Below, piece after piece: positions 18,597 to 25,952 of a stretch of 64,000 bases of DNA; position 1 is the first letter of the stretch; every line of letters begins with the position of its first letter. The DNA comes from Pyrinomonadaceae bacterium (GTDB lineage: Bacteria; Acidobacteriota; Blastocatellia; Pyrinomonadales; Pyrinomonadaceae): positions 23,146 to 87,145 of the forward strand of contig JBGTHZ010000042.1 of assembly GCA_041745915.1 (NCBI GenBank). The letters are read 5' to 3'. The notes under the pieces are model-generated. The model was given only the letters and a program-made list of their open reading frames with translations, had not been told where the DNA came from and did no database searches. The position numbers and the translations under genes are program-made.

Positions 18597-19049
18597 ATGC
18601 AAACTATTCTTGATTCGCAAGCGATCCAGAAGCTCCTGCCGCATCGTTATCCCTTTCTCCTGGTAGACAAGATCATCGAATTAATTCCCCGCGAACGAAT
18701 CGTGGGCGTTAAGCAGGTCAGCATCAACGAGCCGTTTTTTCAGGGACACTTTCCCGGGGCGCCCGTGATGCCCGGAGTATTGGTGGTGGAAGCTCTGGCC
18801 CAGGTGGGAGCCGTTCTGGCTTTGCTAGAAATTGAAGATCGTGATCAGAAGTTGGTTTTGTTTACCGGCATTAAGGAAGCCCGGTTTCGGCGCCCAGTGG
18901 TACCCGGTGACACCTTAATTCTGGAGGTGACTGCCGTGCGCATTGGTTCGCGCGTACAACGGATGCGCGGTGAGGCCAAAGTCGACGGACAGCTTGCGGC
19001 CGACGCGGACATTATGAGCGTGATCGCTGACCGAGGCTTCACCGCTTAA
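18597..19049 (+). CDS. fabZ: 3-hydroxyacyl-ACP dehydratase FabZ
   Basis: LPHRYPFLLVDKI and FFQGHFPGAPVMPGVL motifs; 150 aa. Confidence 0.95.
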   Translation: MQTILDSQAIQKLLPHRYPFLLVDKIIELIPRERIVGVKQVSINEPFFQGHFPGAPVMPGVLVVEALAQVGAVLALLEIEDRDQKLVLFTGIKEARFRRPVVPGDTLILEVTAVRIGSRVQRMRGEAKVDGQLAADADIMSVIADRGFTA

Positions 19050-19054
19050 AGACT

Positions 19055-19182
19055 AAGGAGAAAAGGGTAAAAGGGAGCAGCGGAGGAGGGAGAGATGACG
19101 TTTCTTATGCCCTTCAACTCGGGCCACGTGTCCACCTTTACCCTCTTCCCGTTTTCCCGTTTTCCCCTTTTACCCCTTTCTT
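19055..19182. repeat. Word-built palindrome (AAAAGGG words) between fabZ and lpxA
   Basis: aaggagaaaagggtaaaagggag pairs with ccccttttacccctttctt, and the right arm also carries cccgttttcccgttttcccc. The spacer is about 60 nt. Confidence 0.75.
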
Positions 19183-19187
19183 AATCC

Positions 19188-19982
19188 ATGTCCACTGCCA
19201 CTCATGCCGCAAACATTCACCCTTCTGCTGTTGTCAGCAGCCGTGCGCGCATTGGACGCGACTGCCAAATCGGACCCTATTCGATAGTTGGCGACGAAGT
19301 GAAATTGGGCGACGGCGTTCGATTGGAGTCACACTGTGTCGTTGACGGCAGAACGACTATTGGCGCCGGGACCCATGTTTTCCCCTTTGTTTCCATCGGA
19401 CTCGCGCCGCAGGATTTGAAGTACAAAGGGGAGCCGTCGGAGACACGCATCGGGAAGCGCAACCATATCCGCGAGTTTGTGACGATCCATCGAGGTAGCG
19501 CAGGTGGCGGCATGCTTACGCAAACGGGCGATGACTGTTTGATCATGGCGCAGGCGCATATCGCACACGACTGTAAACTCGGCAACGAAGTGATCATGGC
19601 AAATGCCGCCACGCTTGCCGGGCACGTTATTATTGAGGACCGCGCCAATGTTGGAGCCTACTCAGGTGTTCATCAGTTTTGCCGGGTGGGCCGCGAAGCT
19701 TATATTGGGGGCTATTCAGTTATCGTCAAAGACGCTCTGCCCTTTGCGCTGACTGTCGGCAATCATGCCCATTGTTTTGGTTTGAACACTACCGGGATGA
19801 AGCGTCGGGGTTATTCCCGAGAGGTCATCAAGTCACTGCATCACGCCTTTCGCTTGTTGCTTTCCTCCAAACTAAACACCTCACAGGCCCTGGAGCAGAT
19901 CAGGGAACTAATTCCAGATTGCCAGGAAGTAGCGGAACTCGTCCGTTTTATTGAGACCTCGCAACGCGGCGTCGTTAAGTAA
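19188..19982 (+). CDS. lpxA: Acyl-ACP--UDP-N-acetylglucosamine O-acyltransferase LpxA
   Basis: IHPSAVV start, hexapeptide-repeat left-handed beta-helix pattern, 264 aa, lies after fabZ. Confidence 0.95.
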   Translation: MSTATHAANIHPSAVVSSRARIGRDCQIGPYSIVGDEVKLGDGVRLESHCVVDGRTTIGAGTHVFPFVSIGLAPQDLKYKGEPSETRIGKRNHIREFVTIHRGSAGGGMLTQTGDDCLIMAQAHIAHDCKLGNEVIMANAATLAGHVIIEDRANVGAYSGVHQFCRVGREAYIGGYSVIVKDALPFALTVGNHAHCFGLNTTGMKRRGYSREVIKSLHHAFRLLLSSKLNTSQALEQIRELIPDCQEVAELVRFIETSQRGVVK

Positions 19983-20935
19983 TGCGCTACGGTCTAATAG
20001 CAGGTAACGGCAAGTTTCCACTTCTGGTGCTCGAAGGCGCAAGGCGTGCGGGCGCTGCTCTTTCCGTCGTTGCCATTCATGAGGAAACCGATCAGGAAAT
20101 CGAGCGCATTGCAGAGCGGGTGCAATGGGTGGGGATTGGCCAACTCGGAAAGATGATCCGCTTTCTCAAGAGCGAGGGAGTGGAGAAAGCCATCATGGCC
20201 GGGCAGGTAAAGCATGTGCAAATCTTCAGCCGCGCGGTGCCCGACGCACGCATGTTGAAGATGCTTTTGAAGCTACCCCGGCGCAACACTGACTCATTGA
20301 TCGGAGCAGTTGCTGAGGAACTTAGAAGCGAGGGAATCGAGCTGATTGATTCCACTTATTTTCTTCAAGACTATCTTCCCCAGGTGGGAACACTCACTGA
20401 GCGCGAACCTGATGCCCGCGAGCGGGAAGACATTGAATACGGCCTCGAGATCGTCCGCGAAGTCGCTCGGCTCGACCTGGGTCAAACTGTAGTCGTGCGT
20501 GATAAGGCCTGCGTGGCCATTGAAGCAATGGAAGGAACTGACGCCACAATCCGCCGAGCCGGCGAGTTGACTCAAACTGGATCAGGCGAACCGCGCGCAA
20601 CTCAGCCGCCGATTCACGCGCTACAAGATGCCGGCAAAACTCGAAAAGCAGGCCCGGGTGAGGCCGTGAAAGGCAGATTAGTGCGCGGCCTTTCGAACTT
20701 GATGCGGGGAAGACGGGCCGACCTCGCCGGTGGAAGGCTGACGGTGGTTAAGTTAGCCAAGCCCGCGCAGGACATGCGTTTCGACGTGCCTGTGATTGGC
20801 GTGCCCACGGTCGAAGCTATGATTGAGTCCGGCGCCACCTGCCTATGCATTTCCGCGGCCAAGACGTTGATGTTTGATCGCGAAGATTTGCTGAAACTAG
20901 CCAACGACAGAAAGATCGCCATCGTCGCCGTCTAA
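19982..20935 (+). CDS. lpxI: UDP-2,3-diacylglucosamine diphosphatase LpxI family (DUF1009) with an internal basic insert
   Basis: MRYGLIAGNGKFPLL start and C-terminal KPAQDMRFDVPVIG. Overlaps the lpxA stop (ATGA-type junction at 19982). Confidence 0.8.
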   Translation: MRYGLIAGNGKFPLLVLEGARRAGAALSVVAIHEETDQEIERIAERVQWVGIGQLGKMIRFLKSEGVEKAIMAGQVKHVQIFSRAVPDARMLKMLLKLPRRNTDSLIGAVAEELRSEGIELIDSTYFLQDYLPQVGTLTEREPDAREREDIEYGLEIVREVARLDLGQTVVVRDKACVAIEAMEGTDATIRRAGELTQTGSGEPRATQPPIHALQDAGKTRKAGPGEAVKGRLVRGLSNLMRGRRADLAGGRLTVVKLAKPAQDMRFDVPVIGVPTVEAMIESGATCLCISAAKTLMFDREDLLKLANDRKIAIVAV

Positions 20936-21005
20936 GTTTGGGTATCGCTTGAGTGTTTCTTTGCTCAAACTACTCACTAGCTTTGTCAAGATAGCTTTTC
21001 GTTGG

Positions 21006-21104
21006 GTAGTGGGTCAGTTTGGTTGAGAGTGTCCGATAAACTTTAGTTTGTCGCGGGCCACGACAAGCTAAATAAAGCTTATCGGACATCAAACTGACCC
21101 ATTA
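21006..21104. repeat. Family C nested palindrome (outer GTAGTGGGTCAGTTT, inner GTGTCCGATAAACTTTAG)
   Basis: gtgggtcagtttgg pairs with caaactgacccat. Inner arm gtgtccgataaactttagtttgtcg pairs with cgacaagctaaataaagcttatcggacat. Confidence 0.8.
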
Positions 21105-21188
21105 CGTTTCGTTGCTCTGATTTGGATGTGCTAGTTCGATGTGCCGCACTTCCTCAGCGTAAAGACACATCGCATTCTCCCGTCGTGG

Positions 21189-22133
21189 TTAATACGGACA
21201 GCGCGCTCCGGGTTGTGATAGTTTGTCTACCTGGACTACTTCCCCGGTAGATGGGCATCTCCAGGATGACTCATAAGTATGGCGCTTGGTTGGATCCGGG
21301 TTGCACTTGAGCACACCTTTGATTAGCTCCCACCTGCAGCCTCTGCACTGGTCCGGAGGGAGAATCGCATCCACGGTCATCCCAGGTGGAAATGCGTGTG
21401 GGTCTGCGCCGGAAGGCTCCGTGTAACTGCCATCAATTGCTGGCAAGATCCCGCCTGCTTGTAAATCTGACCGGTTCGGTTGCCCATCGCAATCGACGTC
21501 TACCCTTGGGTCACAGGGCTTGCCGGTTCTTACAGCGTCCTCGAATTTGTCGCAACATACTTTGTCTAATCTTCGGCTCTGCAGAAAATCCCTCAACGCG
21601 GGCCTGTAGGCTTCGTTGTAGATCTCATCAGTCCCGGCCGTGGAATGAAAGACAGGGTATCCGCACATGTATAGAATCGCGGCGCCGCCACTAATCAAGA
21701 ATAGCGAGGGTTTCAGTTCCTTACAGCCCGACGAAGTGTCAAACCACGGAGTCGGCGGCGCGCATTCTCTCTCCGGCGGCCGCTCTTCCTCGGGCGGCCG
21801 CTTTTCCTCGGGCGAACCTTGATCACAACAGATCTCACGTTGCCCCAGTGCGGCGTGCTTCGCCCAAAAATCGTCACAGTAGCCCGTCCGGGGAGTTCGT
21901 GCCGCCGATGTCGTCTCGACCCCTTTGCAGGTATGGATATCCAAAACGCACCCGCTGTCGGGTGTGCTGACATGGGGACTTAGCTTCACCTTGCGTTTAC
22001 AGTTTTCGCCTGCCTCGGGGTAGTCGGCGGGGTTCGGCAGAGGTTTGTCAGGCTCTTGGGTTTGGGCCGGACGCAAGAGAAACGGGGAAATGGTTACCAG
22101 AAGAGTGATGGTCAAAAGCAGGATACGTCTCAT
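21189..22133 (-). CDS. Secreted cysteine-rich hypothetical protein (18 Cys)
   Basis: Signal-like MRRILLLTITLLVTISPFLL, 18 Cys by my count, a tandem EEKRPPEEERPPERE and a DVDCDGQPNRSD Ca-binding-like motif. No family recognised. Confidence 0.5.
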   Translation of the reverse strand: MRRILLLTITLLVTISPFLLRPAQTQEPDKPLPNPADYPEAGENCKRKVKLSPHVSTPDSGCVLDIHTCKGVETTSAARTPRTGYCDDFWAKHAALGQREICCDQGSPEEKRPPEEERPPERECAPPTPWFDTSSGCKELKPSLFLISGGAAILYMCGYPVFHSTAGTDEIYNEAYRPALRDFLQSRRLDKVCCDKFEDAVRTGKPCDPRVDVDCDGQPNRSDLQAGGILPAIDGSYTEPSGADPHAFPPGMTVDAILPPDQCRGCRWELIKGVLKCNPDPTKRHTYESSWRCPSTGEVVQVDKLSQPGARCPY

Positions 22134-22256
22134 ACCGTCTCCATTCCGGAACTTCAAATAGGCTGATTAAACAGGCGGTCAACTGGCTCGGGTCACATCC
22201 AAGAATGACGGACTTCTATCACACCCGACTATCGGGAACAAGGTCACTGGGTTAAG

Positions 22257-22342
22257 AGTAGTGGGTCAGTTTCAATCAGAGTTTCGATTCTTTAGTTAGG
22301 ACAAAAAGCACGATCCACGAATTCACACGAAACTGCACGAAA
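22257..22342. repeat. Composite of a family C left end and a family B half element
   Basis: gtagtgggtcagttt (identical to 21006-21020) is followed by cacgatccacgaattcacacgaaactgcacgaa. Confidence 0.7.
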
Positions 22343-22493
22343 AAGGAGGGGGTTAGGGAATCAACCCGGCTTGTACACGTTCGGTTTTCAGCAGCCTGCT
22401 GGGACGCACGAAGATGATAAAGTGAGCGCCTGTTAAAATTCGGCCGGAGGAATTTGAGTAATTCGCATCCACTTCAAAGACTCACTTTTCACA

Positions 22494-23150
22494 ATGAAAA
22501 CTTTTGAAAAAACCGAACGCACCACTCTTAAGCGTCTTCCCGCACGCGGCCACTACGATCGCGAACTCGTTTACGCAATTCTGGATGAAGGGCTCATCTG
22601 CCATGTTGGCTTTGCGGTTGAAGGGCGTCCTTTCGTGATACCCACAGGCTACGCACGCCATGACGACCAAATCTACATTCACGGCTCACAGGCCAGTCGA
22701 ATGTTGCAAACAGTGAAAGGCGGTATCGATGTTTGCGTGAATGTGACCCTTCTGGATGGCTTGGTGCTGGCACGCTCCGCCTTTCATCATTCAATGAATT
22801 ACCGCTCAGTGGTTGTGTTCGGCCGGGCGACGACTGTCGATGACCCTGGGGAAAAAGTTGCAGCCCTGATTGCGTTCTCTGAGCACGTGATTCCGGGAAG
22901 GTGGAACGATGTTCGTGAACCCACTGAACAGGAATTGAAAGCAACGACTGTGTTGTCGCTGCCACTAGAAGAAGTTTCAGCAAAGGTGCGCGCCGGACCG
23001 CCGCTCGATGATGAAGAGGACTATGAGCTACCGGTTTGGGCGGGAGTAATTCCCCTGCAAATGGTCGCGCCGCCGCCGATCCCTGATCCCCGCCTGGAAA
23101 CTGGTACCGAACCTCCAGCCTACGCCACGTCGTATCAGCGGCAGAGTTGA
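22494..23150 (+). CDS. Pyridoxamine 5'-phosphate oxidase-like FMN-binding family protein (Pyridox_ox_2 type)
   Basis: The KRLPARGHYDRELVYAILDEGLICHVGF ... IHGS pattern is typical of this family; 218 aa. Confidence 0.8.
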   Translation: MKTFEKTERTTLKRLPARGHYDRELVYAILDEGLICHVGFAVEGRPFVIPTGYARHDDQIYIHGSQASRMLQTVKGGIDVCVNVTLLDGLVLARSAFHHSMNYRSVVVFGRATTVDDPGEKVAALIAFSEHVIPGRWNDVREPTEQELKATTVLSLPLEEVSAKVRAGPPLDDEEDYELPVWAGVIPLQMVAPPPIPDPRLETGTEPPAYATSYQRQS

Positions 23151-23208
23151 GAGCCGGTTACAAGTCCACAAACTCCTGTTGCTTGTACCAGGGTTGGGAC
23201 CTTACCGT

Positions 23209-23276
23209 CCACGAAACTACACGAACCAACACGAATCCGTTCGTGTCATTTCGTGCGATTTCGTGGATCGTGTTTT
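23209..23276. repeat. Family B word hairpin (CACGAA words, ~10-nt period) acting as a bidirectional terminator between convergent genes
   Basis: ccacgaaactacacgaaccaacacgaa pairs with ttcgtgtcatttcgtgcgatttcgtgg, followed by tgtttt. Confidence 0.75.
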
Positions 23277-23293
23277 GACGTTGCGTAAATCGG

Positions 23294-25354
23294 CTAGAAG
23301 CCTGGTGAGAAGGCTTCTGCTGTCTGCGCCTTAGGATCAAACGGGGCCGCGAGATATTTCTTGGCCATGGTCTGCGCGTTGTCGTAGTTAATACCCGACT
23401 GAACTGCCTTGTTGTATTCCGCAACTGCCCGACTGCGCTCGCCTTTTGCGTCGTAGGCATTACCACGCTTGATGCGCGCCCAGACCTCGATCCAGGAAGG
23501 TTTCAAGGTGCCATTGAGCGCAGCATCGAGATTATCGAGCGCTTGCTGCCAATTGCGTTGTTCCAGAAATAGTAGTCCAAGGTTGTAGTAAACCCATGAA
23601 TTCGACCGGTCGAGTTTCAACGCCGCCTCAAACTGCTGCTGTGCTTCGGCGTAGAGTCCTTCCTTCATTTGCTCGATTCCGCGTCGCGCGATGATTGACA
23701 CGCGCAAGTCTTCAGACATGCGCAGGATCCGGTGATTGGGATCGACCACGACCTCGATTGGCTGGCCGTTTGATTCGAAGTCAAAGTCTTCACTACGGCC
23801 TTCCAACTTCGTGGTTGTCGTCTGAGAGTCTCCTTCAGCACGCAGCATCAACTGCACCGGCATACGCAGTGTTTCCAACGTCTGCTTTACAGTTCCCCGG
23901 GTGCGAAACTTACCACTGCGAGTGCGAATAATCTGGTAGTCAACAGTGAATTCAGGCACTCCGGTCCCTTCTACCCACTGCGCGAAGAAGTAGCGCATGT
24001 TCTCGCCGGCGACCTGTGTGGTCAACTTTTCGAAGTCGTCAATCGAAGCGTTCTTGCCGCGAAAACTCTGCAGAAACTCAGGCAATAACCGGTCAAACTT
24101 CTCCTTGCCCATTGTCTCGCGCAGCATGCGAAATACCATCGAGCCTTTGTGGAATACGATTGATTGATAAGCTGCAGACTGGTCGTCCAGCGCGCTGGGG
24201 GCGCGCGCTATAGAAGCGGTTTGCTCGAAAGTCAGTGCGCGTTCCTGCTGTTCGCGCTGCGCGGCGTCGAACGCGCCACCGGTCAAGGTGGATTCGCGAT
24301 AGGCGAAGGCGCTCCATTCGGCCAACCCCTGCGAAAGCCAGGCATCATCAAACGACTTCAATCCCACCGTCTGGCCCCACCATTGGTAAGCGACTTCACG
24401 CTGCAATTTCTCTTCGGGCACGGGGCGGGAACTGTCGAACATTTTCGAACCGAGAAAAATCATTCCCGGACCGGAGTAGGTGTCGAGGGTGTCGTCGTCC
24501 ACCTGGGCAACTACGAGTCGAGTGCCAAACAAAGGCGCACCATAATTTTTGGAATAAAACTCCAGCACGTGACCCATCAGCTCGGCATAACCATTTATTC
24601 GACCTTCGCTGCCGGGCTTGGCGTAAAACTGGATGTCGTAGTTACCAAAGCGCAGGTTCTTGGTGATGTATTGACCAGCAACGAAATTTCCCACCAGCAC
24701 CGGCTGCCGGTGAACAAAACGGAACCGTGTGGCGCCTTCTTTGGGTGACGGTTGCGCGACTACCGCGTCGTCGCTGGTGCCTGCCACCTGGACTCCGGTA
24801 GGCACAATCAAAGTAATGTCTGAGGTAGCCCGATCGACGGCGTAGTCATGGAAGGGGAACCAGCGCGCAGCATACATCAGATACGAACCTTCAGTGCCGA
24901 CGTAGGCGAGGCGCTTCGTTGGCAGTGGCCCGCCTTCGGGCGAGAGCAGTGCACCACTCCAGCGAAATCGCAGGGTGATCGGTTGATTTGCCGGGACAAT
25001 TTGACCAAGATCGATGCGCACGTTTGGACCAAGAGCACCCACGCCCACCGAATCTTGAACCAAACCGGTGAGCGGTTTGCCGTTGTGTTCGACACTCTCA
25101 ACACGGAGCGATCCGTTCAGTTCGAAAACGAGTGAGCGGGTGGGCTCCTGCGGAACCAGGGTGATGTCAGCACCGGCCCGTAACATATGCTGATCCGGGA
25201 TCAACTGGGCTTCTATGCGATAGTTTGTGACCTCAAACCGGGCGCCGGCTGGTTGGGGCGCCGGCTGCTGGGCGCTGGCCGGAATAATAATGAAAACAAA
25301 AAAAGCCGCGAAAAGGGGAGAATATCTGAGAAGAATTCCGATAGGTCTAGTCAT
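23294..25354 (-). CDS. Exported M1 aminopeptidase-family homologue with degenerate active site and C-terminal TPR region
   Basis: Signal-like N-terminus. The REVAYQWWGQTV...DAWLSQGLAEW block aligns to HExxHQWFGN...WLNEGFA, and GPGMIF sits at the GAMEN position. TPR-like C-terminus (YYNLGLLFLEQRNWQQALDNLDAAL). Confidence 0.8.
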   Translation of the reverse strand: MTRPIGILLRYSPLFAAFFVFIIIPASAQQPAPQPAGARFEVTNYRIEAQLIPDQHMLRAGADITLVPQEPTRSLVFELNGSLRVESVEHNGKPLTGLVQDSVGVGALGPNVRIDLGQIVPANQPITLRFRWSGALLSPEGGPLPTKRLAYVGTEGSYLMYAARWFPFHDYAVDRATSDITLIVPTGVQVAGTSDDAVVAQPSPKEGATRFRFVHRQPVLVGNFVAGQYITKNLRFGNYDIQFYAKPGSEGRINGYAELMGHVLEFYSKNYGAPLFGTRLVVAQVDDDTLDTYSGPGMIFLGSKMFDSSRPVPEEKLQREVAYQWWGQTVGLKSFDDAWLSQGLAEWSAFAYRESTLTGGAFDAAQREQQERALTFEQTASIARAPSALDDQSAAYQSIVFHKGSMVFRMLRETMGKEKFDRLLPEFLQSFRGKNASIDDFEKLTTQVAGENMRYFFAQWVEGTGVPEFTVDYQIIRTRSGKFRTRGTVKQTLETLRMPVQLMLRAEGDSQTTTTKLEGRSEDFDFESNGQPIEVVVDPNHRILRMSEDLRVSIIARRGIEQMKEGLYAEAQQQFEAALKLDRSNSWVYYNLGLLFLEQRNWQQALDNLDAALNGTLKPSWIEVWARIKRGNAYDAKGERSRAVAEYNKAVQSGINYDNAQTMAKKYLAAPFDPKAQTAEAFSPGF

Positions 25355-25626
25355 AGTTTCTCGGGTTCGATGTCATTAAATGCGACTGCAAATGCGACCG
25401 CTGATTATACTGCCCTAACGTGTGCGGGGAATAGCGCTCCAGAGGCCTTAGCGAGCGCTCTTGCGGACCCTCCGAAGTGTCCGGCTGCAACTGCGAGAGG
25501 CTTCCTGTAGAGTCGGGTTTTGGATGGTAGGAAGCTGCAGGCGGTTGGCTGAGTCCCTGAGTTTAGGTGCCCCGCGGCCACTGTCCGGCCTCAGCCTGGC
25601 TCCGAGAGCTCATTTTCCATTCTTGA

Positions 25627-25705
25627 TGTCCGACATGCTTTAGGCTTGTCGTTGCGTCACGACAAACTGAAAGTTTATCTGACACTACAGACAAACTGAC
25701 CCTAC
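25627..25705. repeat. Family C element, copy lacking the left outer arm
   Basis: tgtccgacatgctttaggcttgtcg pairs with cgacaaactgaaagtttatctgacac, followed by caaactgaccctac. Confidence 0.7.
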
Positions 25706-25952
25706 TGATCGGTGGGTTGCCTTGACACCACTCTTATCCCCGGCTTAAAGTTTCACCCTAATTCGCGTCGCTGGTTTGCTGTGAACGCCCGCAGGGTCGC
25801 ACCGCTAAACTCTTAAAATCAAATTCGGTCTCCCTCGCGTTTTTGCCCGGATCCGGGTGGCATGACGACCAACCCTGTCAGAAATAGTCGTCTTTAAGGA
25901 TGAGTGTGTGTCCTGCTATCACATCCCACATCCAACTAGAAGGAGTTTGTTT

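Noticed and set aside
24164-24748. Plus-strand ORFs of 194 aa and 143 aa.
   Set aside because: They lie antisense to the M1-like gene.
25355-25952. The long (~600 bp) divergent intergenic region, as a possible housekeeping ncRNA (SRP RNA, 6S, RNase P, tmRNA) or riboswitch.
   Set aside because: I could not find any of the conserved core motifs of these RNAs on either strand. The only clear structure is the family C repeat at 25627-25705. This cannot be excluded without a covariance-model scan.
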